Shown here in pieces: positions 1 through 13,145 of a DNA stretch of 64,000 nt. The DNA comes from the human T2T-CHM13v2.0 reference genome, Homo sapiens. Every line of letters starts with the position of its first letter. Within the stretch, counting starts at the first letter, position 1. A program made the position numbers and the translations under genes. The stretch is taken from assembly GCF_009914755.1 (NCBI RefSeq), contig NC_060934.1; one strand, given 5' to 3'. Under the pieces are notes generated by a model, which was not told the origin of the DNA, searched no databases, and worked only from the letters and a program-made list of their open reading frames with translations.

Positions 1-1002
1 CCAAAAGTAAATGCAATAAAAACAAAAACAAATAAATGGGATCTAATTAAACTAAAATGCTCCTGCACAACAAAAGAAATAATCAGCAGAGTAAACAGAC
101 AACCCACAGAGTGGGAGAAAATATCTTCGAACTGTGCATCTGACAAAGGACTATAATCCAGAATCTACAAGGAACTCAAATCAACAAGAAAAAACAAATA
201 ATCCTATCAAAAAGTGGGCAAAGGACATGGACAGGTAAAATTGTTAAAAGAAGATTTACAAATGGCCAAGAAACATATGAAAAACTGTTCCACATCACTA
301 ATTATCAGGGAAATGCAAACTAAACCACAATGAGATACCACCTTACTCCTGCGAAAAATGGCCATAATTTAAAAATCAAGAAATAGTAGATGTTGTCTTG
401 GATATGGTGAAAGGAGAACACTTTTACACTGCTGGTGAGAATGTAAACTGGTACATCCACTGTGGAAAACAGTATGAAGATTTCTTAAAGAACTAAAAGT
501 AGAACTATCATTTGATCAAGCAGTCCCACTACTGGGTATCTACCCAAAGGAAAAGGCCATTATATAAAAAAGACACTGTACACGCATCATTATAGCAGCA
601 CAATTTCCAATTGCAAAAATATGGAACCAGCCTAAATGCCCATCAATCAATGAGTGGATAAAGAAAATGCGGTATATATACACCACGGAATACTACTCAG
701 CCATAAAAAGGAACAAAAGAATGACATTTGTAGCAACTTGTATGGCATTGGAGACCATTCTTCTAAGTGAGGTAACTCAGGAATGGAAAACCAAATATTG
801 TATATTCTCACTTATAGGTGGAAGCTAAGCTATGAGGTTGCAAAGGCATAAGAATGATTCAATAGGGACTTTGAGGACTCGGGGGAAGGGATAAAAGACT
901 ACACTGCTTGGGTGACAGGTGCACCAAAATCTCAAAAATCAGCACTAAAGAACTTATCTATATAACCAAAAACAATTTGTTCCTGAAACTCTTGAAATAA
1001 AA
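1..1002 (+). mobile_element. LINE-1 3' portion (ORF2 C-terminus + 3' UTR), L1PB/L1MA1-like, running off the window start
   Basis: Typical L1 ORF2 3' text (gtaaacagacaacccacagagtgggagaaa; atggaaccagcctaaatgcccatcaatc; tattctcacttataggtgg), then an L1PB-type 3' UTR (gggataaaagactacac...gggtgacaggtgcaccaaaatctca) ending in aaataaaa. Confidence 0.9.
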
Positions 1003-1074
1003 TTGATGAGGACAAGTATGGAGACTTTTATCATGATCCACTTCTACTTAATGAATATTAAATATACCTTCCTT

Positions 1075-1320
1075 TAAAAATAAAAATAAAGTATACAATT
1101 CAGCAGTTTTTCAGCATATTCACAGTTTGTCAGCCATCATCACTGTCTCATTACAGAACATTTAGATCACCAAAAAATATATGCAAAAACCAACCACATA
1201 CTTATTAGCAGTCATTCTCCACACAACCCCTTCCTACAGCCCCAGGCAACCACTAATCAGCTCTCTGTCCAAGAGTTTGTCCATGCTAGACAATTCACAT
1301 AAATCATATAGTATATGGAA
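1075..1320 (-). mobile_element. Old L1 (L1MB-type) 3' UTR fragment
   Basis: gtatacaattcagcagtttttcagcatattcacag...ttagcagtcattctcc...ccccaggcaaccactaatc resembles the reverse complement of L1MB 3' ends. Confidence 0.7.
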
Positions 1321-1789
1321 AGGGATTCATTATTTTTCTCTTACATAATCACATTTTAATGAAATATCTGATACTGATTCTGCCACCATTTAAAAACTCA
1401 AAAATTGAATGTCTGTCCCTTCCATAGGGAGCTTACAATTATTTTGGGAATGGTTTCCACTACTTCTGCTGATGATTTCTCTTTTGATCCATTTCTTATT
1501 TGTTCAAATGTAGTTTGTGTTAGAATTAGACAGCTTTTTCTCACCCTTAGTGGCCACTTCTTTTAATTTTTATTTATGATCAAAGATAAAACTCAAAAGC
1601 CAACCATCAATAATCCACTTTGATCATTATCCTCTTAGAAACTCCCAGTTGACCCCTTCTTGAGGCCAGTACCTGCCTCAGCTCTCTAGGAACTGTGACT
1701 CTGCCAAATTCCACTTTGTTCTGGAACTAACTACCTTTTGCTTTCTGTCCTCTGGCTTCACACCTTAAGTTAGGACAGATCTAGCTTAA

Positions 1790-2115
<326 letters not shown>

Positions 2116-3051
2116 CAATCTGACATCTTAATATGCTACATTGTCCTGCTCCTGCACTCCCAACATAGCTTTGCCCCATAAGATATCCTGATGCCTCTAC
2201 TTGCATAAAAGCCAACCCTAGTTAATGCTGACCTGTTGCTCTGTATCTACCTGACTCTCAATAACTGCCTATTCAGATTTCTAACCTAGAATATCTACCA
2301 CTCAAGTTGCTTATTAAAGACAATTTTGATTGGCTTGGCTTTATACAGAATTTAAACATTTAAATAAAAAAAATCCACTTTTATCTTAAACACCACTCTT
2401 TGTGTATATAACTCAACAAAATCCAATTTTCTATTTTTATTAGAATTTGTCATTTCAAATTTCTGCACCAAGTTATCACCATTTTCCCACACTGACTGAT
2501 TTTCCAACACTATTTGTCAACAGCATGTATTAGTTCAGTTAATTTTCATCTCAATTCTTTCAGTTGTTTCACTTAATAACCAGACTCTCCGTGTGGTTTA
2601 TAGTCTAATTATTTAATTTCTTAGTTCCATAATATTATCCATGTTCCACATTCACCACACTTTATTTCTGATCTTATTTCAACTATTTCAACAGATTCAT
2701 TTGATAAGTTTTTCTCTTTTTTTTCAGTATTTCCCATACTTTTTTCTTCCTTAAGTTTTATTTTTTTTTTTCAAATTTAATTTTCTGACTTTACTGATAC
2801 TGAATTCTGTTAAATACTTACAATTTTAGGATAAACATTTTCGTTGATAGAATTTATTACTGTCTAACTGTTTTAAAAAGTAGGCAATTCTAAATTTATC
2901 ATGATTTCATTGCACACTTGCTATATCCCAGGAAATTTGCCAGGTGCTAGGGATAAAGACATGAGTTACAGACTTCGTGCTCAAGTAGCTAGCACAGGAA
3001 TTGGGCAACTAAACAAATTCTAATATATCTTTTTGAGTTAAAATAGAGGTA

Positions 3052-3608
3052 TGTACATTACATTTATTTTCTATTGCTGCCATTTTGTTATATATATCAC
3101 CTGCCATATTTATTATATATATTTATTACACCTATTACCACGTTTATAGAGGTTTAAAATAACATAAATTTATTATCTTACAGTTCTGTAGGTCAGAAAT
3201 TCACTGAATCTCATTGGACAAAATCAAGGTTATGCCATGTGGTCATAGGACTGAGCCATGATTTCCTTTTCAGCTCTCAGCTGCGGGCTGGTCTCTGTCT
3301 CTCCAGTCCTTGTACAAGGCCCACTACATCTCAAAACCAGCCACAAGACATCAAACTCTTCTCTGGCTGCAATGCCTCTCGCCATTCTTCTACAGTCACA
3401 TCTTTTTCTTTCTCTCTCTGACTGCACCAGAAAAAGCTTATTCCATTTTTTAAGTCTCTCAGATTGGCTCAGATGGATAATTCACTATAAGCTCAACCTC
3501 TCAATACTATTCTTAATCATATCTGCAAAGTACATTTTGCCATGTAAGATAACATATTCGCAGGCTCCAGGGATTGGGAGGTGGACACCTATTATTCTGT
3601 CCACCACA
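3052..3608 (-). mobile_element. MaLR LTR (MLT1D/E-like) solo LTR
   Basis: aaatttattatcttacagttctgtaggtcagaa...aaaatcaaggt, and end atctgcaaag...gccatgtaagataacatattcgcagg...ctattattctgtccaccaca. Confidence 0.75.
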
Positions 3609-4279
3609 TACAGGATGCTACAGAAACAGAAGAATGTTTAATGCAATGCAAGAAAGTAAACTTGAAATGGAATATATTAAACTCCTCAAGGGCATGGGCT
3701 GGATCTGCTTTATTCACTGCTTGTGTTATCTACCCTAGCAATTTGGGCCTTGTAGGTTCAAAGTAAATATTCTATGAAAAAGGTTAATAAATGAAGTGAC
3801 AGTTGTGTACTTCTCCAGAGAATGTGTATCAGGTAACCAACAATATAAGAGGTAATAGACAGCATGGGCATTTAGGGAACTGAAAAGAGCTTAGCATGAT
3901 AAGACTGGAGAAGCTAGTCACTGGTATTAAGGAGTTGGAACGATATAGGTGATTAAATGCCACAAAATGATTACAAGAGAAAAAGTAATATTTACAGAAA
4001 AATAATTCCAGCTGAAGTAAAGAAATAGATTGAGTCAGTGGAGCGAGGATATATATAAAACTAAAAGCTGGGATACCCTTAGTTGACAAAATTGAAACAC
4101 CTGTGATCAAATGCACTGGGTACATTAAAATCTAATATGCTTTTAGATTTTCAGTCTCTCTGAGAGAAAAAGAAATGAAAGTGTCATTTGCTTTCATCTT
4201 TGAATGGTTGTCGTGATGCTGTGATACGGCTTTCTAGTAGGAAAAATAAAGACAACAATGAGAAAAAGATAAGTCACTG

Positions 4280-4407
4280 ACATACAAGTGAATTTAAGAA
4301 TGAAATGTCACTCAGAACTATTCTTGGTATTCTATAAGCAACATAACTGCAGAATAAATACAGAAAGAAAAGGCAGTAGACTTGGTATAGGGTGGTCATA
4401 CATTCTA
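4280..4407 (+). repeat. 128-bp dispersed direct repeat, copy 1 (copy 2 at 5889-6016)
   Basis: Ungapped hand alignment with 5889-6016 gives about 18 mismatches in 128 nt. Confidence 0.9.
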
Positions 4408-4517
4408 GTTTACTTCAAAAGACCTCGTTTAGAAATATTACCCAGTATCCTGACTGCATGATTTTTTGTTCTCAAAAGTTTTCCGATCTGGGTGATAAAT
4501 TACTCTAATTATACAGA
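4388..4517. mobile_element. Degenerate MER94-like hAT-Blackjack MITE
   Basis: Starts tagggtggtcatac (TIR-like tagggtgaccatac) and has ttctcaaaagttttccgatctgggtgataaatta, close to the MER94 end. Confidence 0.5.
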
Positions 4518-4959
4518 ATCACATTTCAAAAAAAAAAAAACATGATACAATTATTTTTAAGACAACAGCTTAGATTATTACTATTTTTTTCCGTACTCTC
4601 AGACTTAATGGCTGAGTAGAAAGTAACTATTTTTAAAAAGAACTAAGCTGCTTTATCTTTAGACCATGCAATGGTACTAACTTTGGGTGCTCCCAAAGAG
4701 AGTAGTCCAAATTGTTTACATCCGGTTTTAAACATTGGTTTGGTTATAATAGCCATTAAAAACCTTTTCTTCAGCTTATATCTATATATGATTAGAAGTT
4801 AATCTCATTTTAGTACTGTTATTCATTTTTACAAAATATCACAGATATAAATAATAGAGCTAGTCAATATAATTTGTTGTAGTTTAAAATAAATAATTAC
4901 TTTAAAAAAAAGAAAAAGACTAGAGACAGTGAAACCTAATAGAAAAAAATCTAGATTTA

Positions 4960-5150
4960 AAATTGAGCATTTCTTTATTACAATCCTGGGTTGGCTCACA
5001 CTAGCTTTATAATTATGTACAAATTATTTAACTTACAGGGCCCTCGTTTTTCATAGGCTGAAAAAAGAAGCCATTTCTCCCTCACAGAGCTGTTATGAGA
5101 AATAAGAGACTATAATGCAAGTTTCTTACCTTAAAAGAGTTCACTGAATT
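4960..5150 (+). mobile_element. MIR SINE fragment
   Basis: caaattatttaactt...ctcgtttttcat...ctcacagagctgttatgagaaataa MIR core. Confidence 0.55.
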
Positions 5151-5888
5151 TCTGGTTTCCTGGGGCAGATATCTTTCTGTTAGGTATTGTGTTACACGCA
5201 TGTTTTATATTTAATTCACTTGAACATTCAATGCACTCTTCAATAATCTGACACTAAAGAGGTTGGAGAAGATGCAGTGTCATTTGAAAGTAAAGAACAG
5301 TTCTTGCTTTTTCTTTCTGCATTTCAGCATAGAGGAGTTCAGCTTCCTATCTTCTGTGTGCCCAAATACCTTCAATTCAGTCATTAAGAACCAGAATTGT
5401 GGCCAAAGCCATGGATGCCTTTCTTCCTGCAGTTGAGTAGGAATACCCTTTCCTTTCTCCTGAGCATTAACGAGACTAAAAAGGTTAAACCTATACACTC
5501 ACTTTATCTATATGTAATAAGCTAGCAGAGTCTTTCTCACAGTGTGGTAAAATGGGCCCTTTACCCAGACTTTCTTAGTCTTGGTTGTGAAGTTCAGGAG
5601 AAATGCAAATCCTTCTGGAGCTAAGTACCTGGAGATGCTCCAGCAGAAGGACCTCTAGATTAGGAAACCACAAAGTAGTTCTAGTTTTATCATACATTTT
5701 CATTTTTTAAACTTGAGAAATCTAGAATGGGAAAATTATAACAAGGAATTTTTTTTTTTTCAAAACAAGGGGAAAGTGCGTCAAACGAGGAATAGAATAC
5801 ACCCAACTTTAGTTTTCTTGATCACTTGTCCCACCCTCAGAACACTTTATTTTCTAAGGACTCTTGTCTATAATTGAATTGGAACCTA

Positions 5889-6016
5889 ACATACAAGTGG
5901 ATTTAAGAATTAAATTTCACTCAGAACTACTCTTGGTATTCTATAAGCAACGGAATTGCAGAATGAATAAATAAGGTGTAGACAGTAGGCTTGGCATAGG
6001 GTGATCATACATTCTA
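5889..6016 (+). repeat. 128-bp dispersed direct repeat, copy 2
   Basis: acatacaagtggatttaagaat...cttggcatagggtgatcatacattcta matches 4280-4407. Confidence 0.9.
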
Positions 6017-7944
6017 CTCTGCTCCACTAGCTCTGTTTCTCTTACTTCTATAACATAACAGAAACAAAATTCAACTTAAAGAAATATAATTTACAAATGG
6101 CCACTGTCAACAAGGCCTGACTTTAGAAAAATTCACTTGTGTTTAGAACTTATTTTGTTCATTTGAGATGATTTTACTTGACAAAACGTTAAGAATACAA
6201 ATATAAAACTATATCAGTAGAATACCTTTAACTGCAAAAAAGAAAACTTGAGTTCAACCAAAAGGATCTTTAACATTTTACTCAGCACACACCTATTAGA
6301 CATGCACTCTGTTCATATTGAAAGGCTACAGATGGATTCAGTTGATGGGGCCAGTGCTGGTATTGCTGAGGCTCAAAGCAATGTCTCTTGTTGGCACAGT
6401 CCATGATATTAACAATCGTGTAAACCAAGCACTTGGTAAAATTCCACAGGCACCCAAAGTTAAATAAATTTTCTAAAATGATGAAATTTATCAATTTGCT
6501 TCATCTGAGACATTAGACTTATGTAAATGATATATTTTTCTAACCCAGTCCCTTTATGAGTATAATTTGTAATTAGCCATAGAATAATGTAATACAAATT
6601 TTAAAATAGATCAATATAATCCTTTTAGCATATGGAATATCATACAATTCACAAAAATCAAGCATGGCACCTAATACAGAATCTATAATAAAAACAATCT
6701 TCAGTAGATTCTAGTGCTGTATAAAGCACCGTGATTTTTATAAACAGAAAAATGCGGAGACCTACATGCTTTTCCTACATGAAACCAAAGCTCCAGATGT
6801 TTAGGATCATCAAAAACACTGAATTGCTTAAACGTCTGCAGAACTGTATTTTTACTTAACTTTTCATTTTTATAGTTTTATGAGGGTGGTCAAAACTTGG
6901 GTCCCTGAGAATTTTAATGCTAAATATAAACTATTTTTCTTATGTCCTGTGCTGAAAGTGGTTCTGAAATGTCTAATTAATTACTCCTGTAAAAGATAGA
7001 GAAGAAAGGAAACAAACCTCAGAATGGCACTCTCTGGTACACATTTTTATATAAATCACATATCTTGATACTTTCCTTTCTTTGCTTAAAATGCTAAATA
7101 ACTTTCCTTTACAGAGAAAAATGAAAGAAAGGTTACTTTTAAGATCTGGATATTAAACTAATGTTTACCTAGAAAGTCCTATATCAGCATCTTTTCCCAA
7201 TCCCAATAAATGTGACCACTCCTATATTTGTTCCAAAAGTATATATTTATCAAGAATTTACGCTTTGCAAATAATGGTATGAGCAGTGTAGGAATGTGGT
7301 TATTTGTTTGTTTGTTTGTTTTAGAGAGAGAATTTAAGGCTGATAGACAAGAGCTAGGGAATGAGAAAAGACCATCTATGAGTTGTAAAAGGGATAATAG
7401 TGTCTTCCAAGTTCTTCAAAGGAGAAAGATTTCCAGCTAAGGTGGCCAGGGAAGTGGCTGAGATAAAGTGGAATATATACTACACCTGGAGTTTAAGCTA
7501 CTAGTGATTCTGGACTCCATTTATCTGAGGTGGTGTCAAGCATTGATAATTTTTTAAGATTCCTAAGTGATTCTAATAAGAAATTAAGAATGATTAATCT
7601 AGAGAGAAGAAAAATAGGAAGAGAGAGGGATAAGAAAGTGAGGTAAAAGAGGATGACAGGAGGAAGAAGAGGGGAGGGGAAGGATAAGAGGGCAGGAGAG
7701 GTGGACATTATTTAGCGTACAAGAGAGACGGGTATGAACCAAAATGTAAAGTCAGGGATGTGTAAGACAAGGTAAATAAAATCATCAGAATCAAGTGTTG
7801 GCTGGATTCAAAAAGGCGTGGTTTATACTGTAAAGTTGAACTACATTTCTTAAAGTTGATTGTGATTGTTCAGATAAATTTATTTTGTCTCCTAGGTAAC
7901 TAGGTAAATATTTGAGGTTTGTAGAGGGGTTACAAGAAAACCCT

Positions 7945-8110
7945 TTGAGCATTAGTTATCAAGTATGTGTGCATAAGATTCATTTGTGGAGCTTATTTAA
8001 AAATATGGACCATGACTCAAGAGATTCCTACAGAGTATTCTGGGGTGAGGCCCAGTCTCTGCATTTTACACATGTCCTTCAGCTGATGCAGGTGTTACAT
8101 GGATCAATCT
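7945..8110. mobile_element. MER5A-like hAT-Charlie MITE remnant
   Basis: gtggagcttatttaaaaat...gagattc...tctggggtgaggcccag...tctgcattttaca...gctgatgcaggtg. Confidence 0.5.
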
Positions 8111-9332
8111 ATTCCAATGTAACAATAGTTTTTGCAGGAAATGAGATGTCTGATGATCGTGACTAATTAAACAAATCAAGAAATATTTATGTAGTACTGC
8201 TGTATGTTGGGCACTATTTGATATACTGAGGATGAAAGCATCTCAGGAAGGTCAAGGACCTTACCCTTAAAAACTGTTTAAAATGAGGAGACATGTAAAC
8301 TAGTAACAACAATAATAGTTATTTATTATTAGTATTAATAAGTAATATTTATTGGGGTGCATATGTGTATGGTACTAGGCAAATCCCTTTATGTACATTA
8401 ATTATGCTTTAAAATTTTTTTCTCACTTCAACACTCTAAAGTAAGAATCATTTTTATCACTTTTCTCCACTAAGAAGGTAGAAGTCCAACCTTTTTTACT
8501 AAACAAATTATGATGCCACCAAGTGAGGTGTGGAGAAGAAAAAAATAATTTTATTGTTAGAAAGATAATTTTACAATTTCTGGAAGTTTATGCATTTAGA
8601 GTTCCATGAAGTTTTAGAGCTACAGATTTAGAAATAAAAACTAGTGTCAGTTACAAACTCCTATCATCTCATCTAGGGTAGCTCTATCCATATCAACATG
8701 ACTTTGCTTGTTACAGCATGTAAGTAAGTTAAAAATGAATTCTTACATAAGCTGGTCAAAGCATTCTTTTGGCTCTCATAATTGTTGAAATTTACTTTTT
8801 CTTATATGTATATGTTTTTTCAAAATCTGTATTCTTGCGTAAATTAAGGCTTTGTCTCATGCAACGTGATTAGTGCTGGAGTCCTGTATTGAGTATGTGG
8901 TAAAGAAATATTTAAATAATGACAAGAACTTTAGTTTGACACTTCTACAGATGACAAATATATTATCGGTGTTAAAAAATTCTATCAAATCTCTTCAGAC
9001 AATAACGAGTGTTAATGTTATGGTATACATCTGATTTTTATACTTTATTTCTACTAATAATTGACAAATCTGTTTTTTTACATCTATCCTGAGTAAGGTT
9101 ACTCTCATTTCTTTGAAATCCAGATAATTAAAAATATAATATATATTTTATAAATTAAATTGTATACAAAAATCTAAATTATGTCACAAATTGGGTGAAA
9201 TTAACCAACAACTCTTGCACTTAATAAGATTATCACAGAGCAAAAAGGTCATACAATTATTTATTTTTAAAAACATTGAACATTTGAGTAAGCAAACGAA
9301 AGTTCTCATTCTACGCAAATGAATCATCTTAC

Positions 9333-9419
9333 CGACACAGGAATAACTTCCAACAAAATTAACCAAGCAACATATCATACTTCCCGTGCCATGCTAAGAG
9401 GACAGCAGACAAAGTAGAT
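9333..9419 (-). ncRNA. Candidate 87-nt non-coding internal exon
   Basis: Minus-strand acceptor gtaatttagtttttccag|ATCTAC with an upstream cttaat branch-like motif, donor GTCG|gtaaga, and stops in all three frames. Confidence 0.35.
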
Positions 9420-10019
9420 CTGGAAAAACTAAATTACTTTTATGATTAAGTTAAATCCATTATTAATCACTTACTAATCACTGATTAATTAAAATCATTA
9501 ATTACTAAATTAACTGTTAAATTATTACAACTTTGAGAAAAAAGTCATCTTTCCACTTCATCCCAAAGCATGTGGATACTTTCCTTATTTGCCTTGATCT
9601 GGCAGAATCTTAGTTTGTCAATTTTTAGGGCAAATGCCATTTTGCTTTTAACAGTAATAAGATGGTAATAGTGTAAGCAACAACTCTTTAACCACTCACT
9701 CCTTACTGGCAGCTCAACGTTTCCGAGTGCCTTCCCATAGCAGTTAAGATTGCATAAGGTCAAATTTCCCTTTTGTTAAATAAAGGTTTGTCACATCAAG
9801 GTAATTAGAACTATGGTGAGCATCGCAAGTTTTATTCTGCTTGCTCATCACCTGGGAATATATAAAAATTCTATCATTATTCTTTAGTGAAATCTGAGTG
9901 ATTTCTATATTTCCACATAAGAAAGTTACATTCATTGAGGACTTCTGGGAAGTCGCTGTTATGAGGTAACATTCCAGGAATCCTTTTGTCTATATTCCCA
10001 TTAAAATACACATTAATAA

Positions 10020-10235
10020 TAGTAACAACTACCATTGCTGAAATGCTTACTATGTACCTAGCATTGTGATACATTCTTAGCCTCCATTACTTACTCTTTA
10101 TAATAATCCTTTCACATGATGAAATTGAAACTCATGGAGATTGAATTGCCTGAAGACACATAGCTGGAATCTAGGAGACCTGGGATATTAACTTAATTGT
10201 GTGTAATTCCAAAGGCCACGTTCTTAACTATTATT
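10020..10235 (-). mobile_element. MIR SINE
   Basis: gcttactatgtacctagcattgtg...gatgaaattgaaactc...gcctgaagacacatagct...ccaaaggccacgttcttaac. Confidence 0.65.
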
Positions 10236-12598
10236 CTGTCTTGTAACTCTTGAATACACGGAAGTAAAAAAACTTTTCAACAGTTATGTCAATTAATAAG
10301 AACCAATCATATTCAAAATTCTAATTTCCATTTATAAAAATGCAATGTCAATAAACCGATAATTTTAAAACATTGCATAAAAATGAGTTTATTATATTAT
10401 TAAGTAACAGATTTTGGACCATTCATCCTGTTTAAAAAGGGTAAGTCTGAAAACACACTAATAATGAGGGAAAGTCTACCAACATTTAGTCTCCCTTTTC
10501 ACTGTATGCAAACAGATAACAGAGGTAGACTTCTGCCTACCCTACATTGTTCATACAGCAGGAATAAGAAGAGGCGCTTCTGCCTAGACACCGGGCAGAA
10601 TGCAACGGCCCGTAGAAATTCGCTCTACTGGCATCTGACTTCAAGTTCAAATAAGTGAGATCATATTTCTGGTGCTGAAACAAGTCACCAAGCAGCCTTT
10701 TGCATTCCTGTATGTATGTAGTGAAGTGTAATTAGGGTAACAAATGATCGTGTCTTTAGTTAAAATTTTGATGTTTTTAATTATCGATTTTGGACATTCA
10801 TTTTTATTTGTATAAAATATGGCAATGATATTATTTAACTGTTGAATTTTCTTTGTTGCCCTTAAATTTATGCCCAAGGTAATTGTCTCATTCACTTCAC
10901 ATTAGCAGCAGCCCGGAAATTTATCATCTAAATCATTACATTTCTGAGAGTAAAAAGTAATGATGATAATGATGGGACAATAGAAGTAAGCTGGGGTTTT
11001 CCAGGAGGAACGTGGGGAAAGTGAGATGAAGGGCCTCCCTGAATATACTATGCCTAGTGAGAAAAACTAATTCAATTCCCTCACAGTGGAAGAAAAAAGT
11101 GAATCGGAGAAAAAAAATATTATTTAAAGGTGCCAAAACTCTATGAGAAGCCATCAAAAATTTCATCCTAAAGATGTCTCTAATAAGTGCCCTAATAATT
11201 TTAGGAGATGACTAGGAAACAATAAAAACCCAGGACTGTTCATCCTGCCCAGTTCGTTCCTTTTAGCAAAGACCCAATGTTAAGACCAATCTTGTGGTCC
11301 CCACCATTTTAATGTACATTTTTGCACCACAGAGAACAGAAGGGAAGTAACAACTTGATAAATAATCCAGGGAAAATAGCCTTCCCTTAAGCTTGAACTC
11401 TGAGAATGTAATGAAAATAAACAGAATATGTTATTTATCTAGAAACAGGCATGGTGAATCACTTTTTATTAAAAAAAAGTTTCAGAGAAGAAAATAGCAC
11501 TAGAGATCTTGGACCTTTTGAATAATTGTTTGCTCTAAAAAAGAGGAATGGTCAATATTCTAAAAATCTACATGGAATTCTTTCCTCAGAAATGGATTTG
11601 CTTCTGGAAACTGAAGAAGCTTTTAGAAACGTGTATGTCAGTTCAGCAATAGTTTAAAGAGGGTATACCTTCGATGAAACAAAAGCAGGCCAAGATGAAA
11701 AATAAGGTATAAGAAGAAATTGTGGAAAAATTAAACATTCACATATCATATTAAATATCCACATAATAATCCTAACTGAATATAATGGTTTATAAAACAG
11801 CTTTTTGGAGGAGTAATATATTTTTTGAGGATAAAGCATAGATGAAAGATAGACAAATACCTAGCAATGTTGAGGTCTCTGATTTGGTTTCTTCCCGTTT
11901 CTGCATTTGGATTCCTTAGGACATTCATATACCCATAAGAAATTTCCATTTGATTAAAATTTTTCAAGACACTTTCCTCTCAGTGACACGTAGGAGTTGA
12001 AATTAATATAAATGAACACTGCATATGTGGAGTAAAATGTGTACTTTTCTAACCGAGTAGTGCTAGAAAGTTAAAACTTTCCCTCCATTTGGTTTTCTAA
12101 AATTTATCAAAAATAGCCTTTATATTGAACCACAGGCTCAAACCAAATGATAAAATTGGATCATTATTCATTCATTTTTGTAACTCTTAGTTGAGCAGTT
12201 AAATGTAGCTTAAAGGGAATTGGTCCTGGTCTTTTTTAGTGAACTTTGGAGTGTTTTGTTAACTAATGATCTTGGAAGTTTTTTGTGTCCTGTGAGAATC
12301 AGGTTGTGCTGGAGGACAGAGCAGAAAGCAAGACTAACGATTCTAGTCTATCTGGACTTTTAATCAGTAGAGCTTATGTTATCCTTCTCCCTACACATCA
12401 TAGATAGGGAGCTGAAATACAAAGACAAGATAACTTCTACTATGCTTTTATTGGAAAATTTTCTGAAAAAATATTGAGAATTCGATTTGAGGAAAAATCT
12501 ACTCAGTACATCTGAAAGCTGTTTAAGGTTTCTAAATTTTCTCTCAAAATGTCTTACACACTGTCAACTTTACGCAGACTTAAGTTTCCAGGATTATT

Positions 12599-12730
12599 AC
12601 ATTTGGGAAATTTTGTAAGCAATAGTTATCTAGCTGCAGAAGTATAGCTACGTAAAAAATATATCAATTAGAATAAATGGTGAGAGGACGAGTAAGGTAA
12701 GGAATTGTATTTTCATGAGATATTCCTAGT
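12599..12730 (+). repeat. ~130-bp dispersed direct repeat, copy 1 (copy 2 at 13146-13274)
   Basis: Shares gaaattttgtaagcaa..gttat.tagct.cagaagtata...aataaatggtgagag...gaattg.attt..atga.a.attc.tagt with copy 2. Confidence 0.85.
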
Positions 12731-13145
12731 TATTGGCATATCATTGATCTGGATGGAGCTAAGAATACTTGGTACGCTAAATTTCAGTCATTCGTGTAGC
12801 CATCATTTCATACCATCTATTATATTCTGTTATTTAGTTCACAAAATATTCGAATCAACTCATTTACTTAGGTACTTTATTGTTAAAAGGAGATAGTATA
12901 TCAATATATAAATTATTGTTTTGATATGATATTTTACTATAATTATATATCTTACAATGTAAAAAGATAGCTATTAATATTAAAAATTCTCTGTGCTACA
13001 ACAACAAAAATCAGCTCATTTTGACCATTGGTATATGTATTACATTTCACAAAATGCAATATACTCAGAAGTTAATGCACATAAACATATTTGCTACATC
13101 TAAAAAGTCAGGAGAATGTAAGATATTAAGAGTATGCAGCAGTAG

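Noticed and set aside
3258-3641. 127-aa ORF
   Set aside because: Lies within an MLT1 LTR and shows no protein-like features
5328-5440. Strong plus-strand acceptor ttcttgctttttctttctgcatttcag
   Set aside because: No convincing donor downstream and all frames close quickly
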